A stretch of 64,000 bases of DNA from Saprospiraceae bacterium. Its GTDB lineage: Bacteria; Bacteroidota; Bacteroidia; Chitinophagales; Saprospiraceae. A program made the translations under genes and the position numbers. Positions 47,771 through 56,227 of this stretch are shown here, piece by piece. The stretch is taken from assembly GCA_965658745.1 (NCBI GenBank), contig CBFHTK010000004.1, forward strand, positions 55,960-119,959. The letters run 5' to 3'. Every line of letters begins with the position of its first letter. Within the stretch, counting starts at the first letter, position 1. Below the pieces are notes generated by a model. It ran no database searches, was not told the origin of the DNA, and worked only from the letters and a program-made list of their open reading frames with translations.

Positions 47771-49705
47771 CTACAATACTACATTACGTAGTAGATTGTT
47801 TATTTGAGCTAAATCTGTTTTGATAGCCATTATTACCTTAAGTTTAATCCTCAGTTCATCGACGTCATCTGGCGAAATACTTTTAATGTTTTCCTGATTT
47901 TCTTCCAGAATTCGTTGAAGCTTTTTGCTCTTCAAGCGAAGGATACTTTGGGTGAAATCATTTATATAATTATCCTCCGGCATTGCTTGTGTTTGTAATT
48001 CAATACCTCGTGACTTCCAGTTTGCATACTGATATTTATCGGAATTAAGCTCTATTGCTAGTTGACTGATTTCTTCATTTGAGTGTGTAAGAAAATATGT
48101 GGGAGTAAGCACTAGTTCTTCTTCGTGTGCTTTTGCAACTTCTTGAATTACTTCAACATATAACTCATTGTCAAAGTATTCAATAATATTTATAATAGCT
48201 TGATAAACATAGTCATAGACTCGAATTTCTTTGGATTCGTCAATGAAGTTGTCTCCCAATGTCATGAGTATCCTAACTATATCTCTCTCTTGAGCTTCAT
48301 GTGAATTTACATCAAAATTAGCAGGTTGTTGCTTGGTAGGTTTAGAATCTTTATCCCATTCAGCTTCGGATCTAGGTTTCTCAAATTGTGGACTGGAGTA
48401 GCTCTTCTTGTTGATTTGCTGCTTTATAAGTTTGTTTGCTTCTTTTTGAATCGTAAGTTCAGGCACGTCGAGTAATCGACTGCAGAGCTTTACATATTCA
48501 TTGCGCTTAAGGGGGTCAGCAATCTTAGAAATAGATTCTACAATATCTTTTACTACCTTCGAACGTTTAATCGGGTCATCACCAGCTTCTTTGAGCAGTA
48601 AATCAATTTTGAAAAGAATGAAGTCTTTGGAGTTTTCACTTACGAATTCTGTAAATGCAGTGTGGCCAACTTTGCGAACATATGAGTCTGGATCTTCTCC
48701 AGCAGGTAACAACAAAAGACGAACATTCATGTCTTGCTCCAAAATCAAATCTAACCCACGTAAGGCTGCATTAATTCCGGCAGAATCACCGTCATATATG
48801 ACTGTGATGTTCTCTGAAAATCGTTTAACTAACCTGATTTGTTCAACGGTCAGTGCGGTTCCTGAGGATGCCACCACATTTTCGATGCCATTTTGGTGTA
48901 GGCTGATAACATCAGTATAACCCTCCACCATATAACACGTATCTTTCTTTCGAATCGCAGTTTTTGCGAAGTATAGTCCGAAAAGTGTCTTACGTTTATT
49001 ATAAATCTCGCTTTCTGGTGAGTTTATATATTTTGGAATTCTTTTGTTGGAACTTAGGGTACGTGCACCGATACCAATGATCTTTCCGCTTAGATTTCTA
49101 ATTGGAAAGATAATTCTTGAATGAAAAAAGTCTCGATTCTCTTTTAAAAGTCCGAGTTCATGAGCTAGTTCTAGATTGTATCCGCCTTGTTTGAGTTCGT
49201 TTAATAAAAAGTGTCGATCCTCAGGAGCATAACCAAGACCCCACTTTTCAACTGTAGATTCTAAGAATCCACGCTCTTTGAAATAGCTAAGTCCTATAGC
49301 ACGCCCTTCATTTGTTTTTAGGAGGTATTCTTGGAATAGCTTTTGTGCAAAACCATTTATAATGAAAAAACTATCCTTTTTTTGAATTTCTCGACGTACT
49401 TCTTCACTTACTTCCGTCTCTTCAAGTTCAATATTATATTTGTTAGCGATCCATCTGATCGCTTCTGGATAGCTAAGTTTTTCATGGTCCATTAGAAAGC
49501 GTACGGAGTCTCCTGCCATCCCGCATCCAAAGCACTTGTAGATTCCTTTTGCTGGCGATACAACAAAGGATGGAGTTTTCTCATCATGGAAAGGGCAAGG
49601 TCCCTTTAGATTGACTCCAGCCCGTCGCAACTCAATAAATTCACCTAACACCTCTTCAACTCGAGCTGCTGCTTTAACTTCATCTATGGATTTAGGTGTA
49701 ATCAC
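47771..49705 (-). CDS. dnaG: DNA primase
   Basis: 644 aa with a GTG start. The zinc finger is CPFHDEKTPSFVVSPAKGIYKCFGCG. The TOPRIM blocks are MVEGYTDV and YDGDSAG. Confidence 0.9.
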   Translation of the reverse strand: MITPKSIDEVKAAARVEEVLGEFIELRRAGVNLKGPCPFHDEKTPSFVVSPAKGIYKCFGCGMAGDSVRFLMDHEKLSYPEAIRWIANKYNIELEETEVSEEVRREIQKKDSFFIINGFAQKLFQEYLLKTNEGRAIGLSYFKERGFLESTVEKWGLGYAPEDRHFLLNELKQGGYNLELAHELGLLKENRDFFHSRIIFPIRNLSGKIIGIGARTLSSNKRIPKYINSPESEIYNKRKTLFGLYFAKTAIRKKDTCYMVEGYTDVISLHQNGIENVVASSGTALTVEQIRLVKRFSENITVIYDGDSAGINAALRGLDLILEQDMNVRLLLLPAGEDPDSYVRKVGHTAFTEFVSENSKDFILFKIDLLLKEAGDDPIKRSKVVKDIVESISKIADPLKRNEYVKLCSRLLDVPELTIQKEANKLIKQQINKKSYSSPQFEKPRSEAEWDKDSKPTKQQPANFDVNSHEAQERDIVRILMTLGDNFIDESKEIRVYDYVYQAIINIIEYFDNELYVEVIQEVAKAHEEELVLTPTYFLTHSNEEISQLAIELNSDKYQYANWKSRGIELQTQAMPEDNYINDFTQSILRLKSKKLQRILEENQENIKSISPDDVDELRIKLKVIMAIKTDLAQINNLLRNVVL

Positions 49706-49891
49706 GTTGTAAATATACTGGTTTTTGAAAGCTTTGGTGAACCTTCAATTTAATATTCGCAGATTGCATTTTTTTTAGAATAAATATTGATTTTGACGTA
49801 TGTATTTTGTTTATTTTAATATATTGTTGTAGTTTACAGTTGTAAAATAATAGTTTGTATAATTCGATAAGAAAAGATTTTTTATGAAATT

Positions 49892-49928
49892 AGTCGCCCA
49901 GTCGCCCAGTCGCCCAGTCGCCCAGTCC
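49892..49928 (+). repeat. Octanucleotide tandem repeat AGTCGCCC x4 plus partial AGTCC
   Basis: Read directly: AGTCGCCC at 49892, 49900, 49908 and 49916, then AGTCC at 49924-49928. The unit is GC-rich in an AT-rich region. It lies between the ATG at 49884 and the hydrophobic signal-peptide core that starts at 49931. The 8 nt unit is not a multiple of 3. Confidence 0.95.
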
Positions 49929-49930
49929 TT

Positions 49931-50734
49931 TTGCTACTTCTAGCCTTAATTTTCTGCTGTAGTAGTACCTTGCACTCACAGTCAGCCCCACTTCAAGCGG
50001 GCATTTCACCATATAATAACAGTTTGTATCACTTGAGAAACCTTGGTGTAGGTACGTCTTCACCTACCGCCTACCTCCATGTCAGAGAACGAGATTCGGA
50101 AGGTGCAAGCCAGCTTTTTACCGTAGAGAGAACAGTCAATAACTTCCCGGGTCCAGGTTTTATGCATTTTCCTGTTATTCATGCTCTATCCTCAGGAAAT
50201 GTAGGGATCGGTACATATGCTCCTACTACCAAGCTTCACGTTAATGGTGGTAATTTTAGAATAGAGGATAATATGACATTTTTGGACATGGGGATCATAG
50301 CTGGCAGTAATCCATTTGCTCGTATTCGAACCAATGGTCAGTATATTTCTTTCGATCAAAAATGTGAATTTGAAGGACTTGTTCAGCTGAATGATAGATT
50401 AATCATCAGCAACACGATCCCAGGGCAAGGAGATGTTCAGCTAGCTCTGAATGCCGACGGCACAATCAGAGCCCGAGAGGTGAAAGTTGATTTAATAACC
50501 ATACCAGATTATGTTTTTTCCGAAGACTATGATCTTATGCCCCTCGAAGAACTACGCGAATTTATTGACAGGCATCACCACCTGCCAAATGTGAAAAGCG
50601 AGGCAGAATTTCAGAAAGAAGGAAGTTATCCACTAGGTGAAATGAATCTGAAACTACTTGAGAAAGTGGAGGAGTTGACATTGTATATTATTAAGCTTGA
50701 GGAACGTATTGAAAAAATAGAAAATGATGAATAA
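49931..50734 (+). CDS. Secreted fibre-like protein with C-terminal coiled coil; 5' end subject to the repeat-dependent frame
   Basis: 267 aa counted from the TTG at 49931. It has repeated GxGTxxPTxxLHV blocks (LGVGTSSPTAYLHV and VGIGTYAPTTKLHVNGG), as in tail-fibre-like beta-helical proteins. The C-terminal block is IPDYVFSEDYDLMPLEELREFIDRHHHLPNV...LGEMNLKLLEKVEELTLYIIKLEE. The natural ATG (49884) is currently out of frame with this ORF. Confidence 0.6.
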   Translation: MLLLALIFCCSSTLHSQSAPLQAGISPYNNSLYHLRNLGVGTSSPTAYLHVRERDSEGASQLFTVERTVNNFPGPGFMHFPVIHALSSGNVGIGTYAPTTKLHVNGGNFRIEDNMTFLDMGIIAGSNPFARIRTNGQYISFDQKCEFEGLVQLNDRLIISNTIPGQGDVQLALNADGTIRAREVKVDLITIPDYVFSEDYDLMPLEELREFIDRHHHLPNVKSEAEFQKEGSYPLGEMNLKLLEKVEELTLYIIKLEERIEKIENDE

Positions 50735-51191
50735 ATTACTATTAACCTCTGTTCTCGTTTTAGCTTTATTCAGTTGTACTAGGGATGTTTGTGAACAATC
50801 TTGTACAGGCTGTGTAGAATTAGAGCAAATTTTTTATCTAAGACCTGAATGTGAAGCTCATTATAAAATAGATGAAAGCAATATTATCAAAATAGAATTC
50901 GTAGAAGTCGATGATAAAAGAGCTTTATCGGGTTCTTGTGAAGTGTCGACGGGCGGATATGCTAATGCTACTTTTAAAGTTTCTATGAATGACGAAGAAT
51001 TCACTTCAGAACTACAAGTAAGAGGTTGCACAGGAGAAGCTATTCCGTCGGCTGAAACCTCATTGCTTGAAAGTTTTGTTTGGAACGGATATAGATTTTA
51101 TTTTCATAAGATATATCCAAGGTCACGTCTAATTACGGAATATCCAAACTTAAACAATTACGAGACAGTACTATCCATGAAAAAACTTTGA
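50724..51191 (+). CDS. Small Cys-rich lipoprotein, unknown family
   Basis: 155 aa with the lipobox LALFSC. Seven further Cys lie in the mature part (CEQSCTGC..., PEC, SGSC, RGC). It overlaps the upstream gene by 11 nt and ends 1 nt before the next ATG. Confidence 0.55.
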   Translation: MMNKLLLTSVLVLALFSCTRDVCEQSCTGCVELEQIFYLRPECEAHYKIDESNIIKIEFVEVDDKRALSGSCEVSTGGYANATFKVSMNDEEFTSELQVRGCTGEAIPSAETSLLESFVWNGYRFYFHKIYPRSRLITEYPNLNNYETVLSMKKL

Positions 51192-51192
51192 T

Positions 51193-52614
51193 ATGAAATT
51201 GCCACTATTCCTCGTCTTCTTATTTATTTTTTTTCAGTCCCAAGGGCAAATTTGTACCACTCCCGATCCAACTCCAGAGCAGTTGAAGTACATAAAAAAA
51301 ATAATTAACGAATTTGATCCTTCAAGAGACTATAACGGAGAATTACCTATAGTCAGGTTATCACTTAATCGAGTCAGCAGAGATGATGGAACTGGTGGTT
51401 TTTCTTGGGTGGAAATCGACAATGTAGTTTCTGGTATGTCGACATTATATGACAATCTTATTTGTTTTACTGTTATTGAACGGAATGAAATAGACGATAC
51501 CAACTTGTTCGGTGCCCCTGCGCCAGGGGCTCTTTACGATCAATTGATTCTAACTAATCCAACTACTGAGGCAATCCGTATTTATTTAGTTAATGATGGA
51601 GATTCAGGAGGAAGAGCCACTGGACCAGTCATAACGCCAGTAATCGAAGAACAAACCGATGTGGAAGAGGTTACCAACGACCCTACAGTATATTTAAGTG
51701 ATTGGACAGGTGGTTTGTTTACCTTTACCAGTGAAGTTTTAGCCCATGAGATTGGACATTGTCTTGGTTTGTGGCATACTCACACAGAAATAAATGGTAT
51801 TGAAAATGTTGCACGCAATGGAGTAAACGCAAATTGTGATGTCAATGGTGATTTGTTGTGTGATACACCAGCTGATCCAAATCTAGAATTTCTACTTAAT
51901 CCCCTCACGGGTGACGTTCCAAGTTGCTCATATTTCGGTGCTCAAGCAGATCCAGATCCCGTTGGGGCAATTTACACACCACTTACTAACAATATAATGA
52001 GCTATACTCATCCAACTTGCATGACGTCATTGACTACGGGGCAAATAGATAGATGTTTGGATTTTATAACCCAAACAGAACTATTAGATGATATTATTAT
52101 TCCAGAAAATATAAATATCGAAGGGAGTATCTCTGATGACCGTTATTATCATGCTGACGAAACTATCATATCAACAGCAATTCACAGTAGTGGTTTGGTG
52201 GATTATAGAGCACGCGAAACCATTACACTTTCTCCTGGATTTTCTGTCATTGCTTCTACCACTACAGAATTGAGTGCGAAAATTGATAACAATCTTTGCC
52301 ACGATGAACTAATAGCAAATTCTGGATTTATTGGTAACGAAATCGAAGAAAGAAGTTCTGCTTCTGCACATAAACACTTGATGCTCTTTCCAAATCATGC
52401 AGCTGACCAGATTACAGTTCGATTAGGCGATAGTTTGTTTGACTATCAGACAGTTGTATTAACAAATATGCAAGGTGAACGGCTTGAGTTTTTTGCTACA
52501 GAAATTGTTGATAATCAATTCACAGTAGATATTTCTGGATTAAATCAAGGGATTTATCTAGTGACGGTGATTCAAGATAACTACCAAGAATCTATTAAAT
52601 TTGTTAAAATGTGA
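51193..52614 (+). CDS. M43 (pappalysin/cytophagalysin-like) zinc metalloprotease with T9SS C-terminal sorting domain
   Basis: 473 aa with a signal peptide. The extended zinc site is HEIGHCLGLWHTH (51745 onward). It is followed by CDTPADP and a Met-turn region NNIMSYT..C. A short segment, ADETIISTAIHSSGLVDYRARETITLSPGFSV, resembles the '3-coathanger stack' repeat. The tail LMLFPNHAADQITV...GIYLVTV...IKFVKM is a T9SS CTD. Confidence 0.85.
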   Translation: MKLPLFLVFLFIFFQSQGQICTTPDPTPEQLKYIKKIINEFDPSRDYNGELPIVRLSLNRVSRDDGTGGFSWVEIDNVVSGMSTLYDNLICFTVIERNEIDDTNLFGAPAPGALYDQLILTNPTTEAIRIYLVNDGDSGGRATGPVITPVIEEQTDVEEVTNDPTVYLSDWTGGLFTFTSEVLAHEIGHCLGLWHTHTEINGIENVARNGVNANCDVNGDLLCDTPADPNLEFLLNPLTGDVPSCSYFGAQADPDPVGAIYTPLTNNIMSYTHPTCMTSLTTGQIDRCLDFITQTELLDDIIIPENINIEGSISDDRYYHADETIISTAIHSSGLVDYRARETITLSPGFSVIASTTTELSAKIDNNLCHDELIANSGFIGNEIEERSSASAHKHLMLFPNHAADQITVRLGDSLFDYQTVVLTNMQGERLEFFATEIVDNQFTVDISGLNQGIYLVTVIQDNYQESIKFVKM

Positions 52615-52693
52615 TTTTGAAGCTCAATTTATAGTATGTAGAGTGTAGGTTTTACAAAACAAAAGAACAAACTTAGCAAGGAAAAGAGTTTGG

Positions 52694-53428
52694 TCATCTG
52701 AGCGAAAGGATATTTTCAATATAATCACGCATTGTAAAATAGCCTTTTTGGTCCACGAGCCATTTAGCCGCTTTAATCGCTCCTAATGCGAAACCATCCC
52801 TAGATTTAGCGACATGAGTGATCTCGATTTTATCAATCGCATTCTCATATTTAATACTATGCGTCCCAGGAACATCAGGCACTCTCAGGGCTTCTATGTG
52901 CACGGATCCCTCGACCATGGAATCATCTAATGTCCACATATTTACATCACTACGAGTATTAATAATTCCTTCAGCTAGTGTAATTGCTGTTCCACTGGGA
53001 CTATCTAGCTTATGGATATGATGAATTTCACGTATTTGAGGGTAATAGCCACCATTTTCCATGAGCTTTGCTGCATATTCATTCAAGTAGAAAAAGAGAT
53101 TCATCCCGACTGAAAAGTTGCTGCCATATAGAAATGCCGAATTTGGATATTCTTTTAGAATCTCATGAATCTCTGGAAGGCGGTCTAACCATCCGGTTGT
53201 TCCAGATACCACAGGTATGCCTAGTTCAATACATCTACAAATATTATCAAATGCTACAGTCGGTAGGCTAAATTCTATGGCGACATCACAAGTTCTCATC
53301 TGTTCTATATCCCATTTTTCATCGCCTTTGACGACATAGACTAGTTTGCAGTTTTCTTGAGCAAGAAATTCTTCAATGGCATGTCCCATGCGACCGTATC
53401 CGATAAGGCATACTTTAATTTCATTCAT
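52694..53428 (-). CDS. dapB: 4-hydroxy-tetrahydrodipicolinate reductase
   Basis: 244 aa with the N-terminal dinucleotide fold VCLIGYGRMGH and the DapB signature EIHHIHKLDSPSGTA. Confidence 0.88.
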   Translation of the reverse strand: MNEIKVCLIGYGRMGHAIEEFLAQENCKLVYVVKGDEKWDIEQMRTCDVAIEFSLPTVAFDNICRCIELGIPVVSGTTGWLDRLPEIHEILKEYPNSAFLYGSNFSVGMNLFFYLNEYAAKLMENGGYYPQIREIHHIHKLDSPSGTAITLAEGIINTRSDVNMWTLDDSMVEGSVHIEALRVPDVPGTHSIKYENAIDKIEITHVAKSRDGFALGAIKAAKWLVDQKGYFTMRDYIENILSLR

Positions 53429-53517
53429 GATCAGAATATTCTTTTACTAGCAAAGGTGGTATTTTTTTTGCCATACTTGTTCTCTAAAAATCTACTAATT
53501 GAGCTATCTTAGCCTTT

Positions 53518-53533
53518 TATATTTGTACTTTTG
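53518..53533 (+). promoter_or_regulatory. Two abutting -7 box candidates (TATATTTG, TACTTTTG)
   Basis: Both octamers match TAnnTTTG. They lie 19-27 nt upstream of the accD ATG. Confidence 0.4.
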
Positions 53534-53551
53534 CATTTCAAAATTTGATCT

Positions 53552-54418
53552 ATGGGATGGTTTAAAAGACTTAAAGACGGGATACAAACTGCCACAAAGT
53601 TTAAGAAAGAAGCACCAGATGGCCTTTGGCACAAGTGTAAGAATTGTTCTGAGACCTCTACAATGAAAGAGCTAAAGGAGAATTATTATAAGTGTTTGTC
53701 TTGTAACCACCATACCAGAATCGGAAGTCATGATTATTTCGATATTATTTTCGATGGTCAATTTACAGTACATTTTGATGATATCATCAGTGAAGATCCA
53801 CTAGAGTTTGTCGATGTTAAGACTTATCCTGAAAGACTTGAGGCTGCGTACAAAAAGTCTGGTCTTACAGATGCTATTTCAGTAGCAAAAGGGAAGGTCA
53901 GCAGAAAGCCTTTAATTATTGCAGCTATGGATTTTTCGTTCATCGGAGGATCGATGGGTAGCGTTGTTGGAGAAAGAATAGCTCGTGGAATTGACATGGC
54001 GATTGCAGAAAGAATCCCATTCATGATTATATCCAAATCAGGAGGAGCTAGAATGATGGAAGCAGCCTTTTCACTAATGCAAATGGCTAAAACTTCAGCT
54101 AAATTATCACAGCTTGCAAAGGAGGGAATACCATATTTTAGTTTTTTAACAGATCCCACAACTGGTGGTGTTTCAGCATCTTTTGCGATGTTAGGCGATG
54201 TTAATTTCGCCGAGCCAAATGCACTAATTGGATTTGCTGGTCCTCGTGTCATTAAAGAAACTATCAAACAAGAATTACCTGAAGGTTTTCAGACTTCTGA
54301 ATTTCTGCTTGAGCACGGATTTTTGGATTTCATCGTTGATAGATCTGAATTGAAAGCACGCTTGTCTGACCTTCTTACTGTCTTCGATCCATCCAAGGTG
54401 GAAGAGGTAGAATCCTAG
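53552..54418 (+). CDS. accD: Acetyl-CoA carboxylase carboxyltransferase beta subunit
   Basis: 288 aa with the N-terminal zinc ribbon CKNCSETST...CLSCNHH. FSFIGGSMGSVVGE and SGGARMMEA follow. Confidence 0.9.
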   Translation: MGWFKRLKDGIQTATKFKKEAPDGLWHKCKNCSETSTMKELKENYYKCLSCNHHTRIGSHDYFDIIFDGQFTVHFDDIISEDPLEFVDVKTYPERLEAAYKKSGLTDAISVAKGKVSRKPLIIAAMDFSFIGGSMGSVVGERIARGIDMAIAERIPFMIISKSGGARMMEAAFSLMQMAKTSAKLSQLAKEGIPYFSFLTDPTTGGVSASFAMLGDVNFAEPNALIGFAGPRVIKETIKQELPEGFQTSEFLLEHGFLDFIVDRSELKARLSDLLTVFDPSKVEEVES

Positions 54419-54479
54419 GTTTTGAGTCAAGCCCAAATAAGGTTACGCTAGAGGCATTCCTCTTGATTCTTTATATGAA

Positions 54480-56063
54480 TTAGGCTTTGAATACTTGAAA
54501 TCCTTTATTAAAGGGGTCGCAGTTTGCGATAAGTATGTCTATTAATTCCGGGCCTGCATCCAGATAGAATTCCATAAAATTGGCACGACGTTCTTGTAGA
54601 CCATCGTTCGGGAATAAATAGTCTTTGATCTTCCTTATTTTATTAAGATCAACTTCTTGTTGTTGTTTGATTTTCTTGATCAGTCTTCCTCTCAATTTCT
54701 CTAAACCATTGATTTGGTTAGTTTTCATTGCTTCGATCCTTGCCACCAGCGTATGATCAATTTCTTCCGTAATCTTTTCGATTTTCTCATGCGCTTGTTC
54801 AATTTCTGAATAGTAGTCTGTGAAATCTACGTCGAATTTACTTTGTTCGAGTGCATATTCTTTAAGTAGTAAGTCGGTATCTTTCAGTAGGTCATCAACA
54901 TGTAGACCCAGTTTGGCAAGAACTTCTTGATTTTTTTGACTCAACCACATTGCTGAAGTTCTTCTGATTAGCATCGGGAAGAACACCCTAAAGGCTTCAA
55001 ATTGAGTTTTCCTTTCCATCCAGTAAGCCAATTCTCCACCACCACCTATGTATGCAAGGTTAGGCATTATATGCTCTTGATAAATCGGTCGCATCACCAC
55101 ATTGGGAGAAAATCGCTCTGGATATTCATCTATAATTGCTTCCAACTCAGACTTAGTAAATGTAGTCTCGGAGTCAACCAAATGGTATGTATCTTCTATT
55201 TTTTCAATCCTCAATCTCTGACCATTGTGCAGGTAGAAAAAATTGATATCTCTGGCATATGCTTGGTTTGAAAAGCCATTTTCCTCCAAGAGATTCTGAG
55301 TTTCCACAACAAGTGGCTTAGAAAACTCTTCGAATATTTCCTTCTTTATAATTGGAGCAAAGCTTTTTTTGAATGCCTTATTGTCATAATTTGCAATTAC
55401 CAGACCATATGCATCGAATATTGCATGTGTAAACAAAAAACTAAACTCTCCGTAAGTCTTCGCATTCTTTTGGGCGAAAGCCAATTTTTCCCTTAGATCA
55501 TCGGCTGGTTCACTTTTCCCCAACATAGCACTTACTTGTTCTATAATTTCGTCAAAACCACTTAGATCTAATCGTCCAACACTTCCAGAGGCCTCTCGAT
55601 CCCAACTGATTCTCTTACCAAATAAATACGTGTGATTTATTTCATCGAAATCATGATCTTCTCCACCAATAATAAAGACAGGAACGATTTTGTGTGATTC
55701 AGAACTGGCCCTTTTTGCTAGATTTATGGCACTACAAATCTTTAGAATATAGTACAAAGGTCCTGTCATCAAGGATGGTTGATGCGCTGTGATTACAGTA
55801 AAAGTGCTGTCCTCTGCAAGCATTTCAATATGCTCAGCAACTAATGTAGAGTGGGGGATAGTTTTATATTGCTTTTGTAGCTCTGAGACCAAAAGGTTTC
55901 GATCAACAGGATGATTTTTACGATCCGAAATGGCTCGATCTAAAGCATCAAACTGAAAAGGATAGGCGATGAATGGATCCAGGTTTTTATTCCCTTCTTG
56001 ATATGCTATGTCTCTAGACGATAAAGCTGTCACCTTGTTGAAAGGGATCTCTTGAATTTGCAT
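54480..56063 (-). CDS. bshC: Bacillithiol biosynthesis cysteine-adding enzyme BshC
   Basis: 527 aa. VITAHQPSLMTGPLYYILKICSAINLAK corresponds to the BshC GQQ..L.GPLY..K block. A C-terminal coiled-coil region is present and the length is typical. Confidence 0.75.
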   Translation of the reverse strand: MQIQEIPFNKVTALSSRDIAYQEGNKNLDPFIAYPFQFDALDRAISDRKNHPVDRNLLVSELQKQYKTIPHSTLVAEHIEMLAEDSTFTVITAHQPSLMTGPLYYILKICSAINLAKRASSESHKIVPVFIIGGEDHDFDEINHTYLFGKRISWDREASGSVGRLDLSGFDEIIEQVSAMLGKSEPADDLREKLAFAQKNAKTYGEFSFLFTHAIFDAYGLVIANYDNKAFKKSFAPIIKKEIFEEFSKPLVVETQNLLEENGFSNQAYARDINFFYLHNGQRLRIEKIEDTYHLVDSETTFTKSELEAIIDEYPERFSPNVVMRPIYQEHIMPNLAYIGGGGELAYWMERKTQFEAFRVFFPMLIRRTSAMWLSQKNQEVLAKLGLHVDDLLKDTDLLLKEYALEQSKFDVDFTDYYSEIEQAHEKIEKITEEIDHTLVARIEAMKTNQINGLEKLRGRLIKKIKQQQEVDLNKIRKIKDYLFPNDGLQERRANFMEFYLDAGPELIDILIANCDPFNKGFQVFKA

Positions 56064-56227
56064 AGTTAGTATTTGCTAGTTTTTGAGATGAGTGGCAAAA
56101 TATTCTTTGATAATTACCACTCGAAATAGAGAAACAAGAAGATTTCAGATTAGTTCTTAGTAATCTATATCAATTCTACTAATAATATTATTATTGCTAT
56201 CTATATGTCTGTAACATCGTCCTTCAT

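Noticed and set aside
48501-48920. 139-aa ORF antisense to dnaG
   Set aside because: A shadow ORF inside dnaG with no recognisable features.
53824-54267. 147-aa ORF antisense to accD
   Set aside because: It lies wholly inside a well-supported gene on the opposite strand and has a low-complexity, Ser/Pro/Ala/Ile-rich composition with no motif. This is the typical shadow ORF of a coding region.
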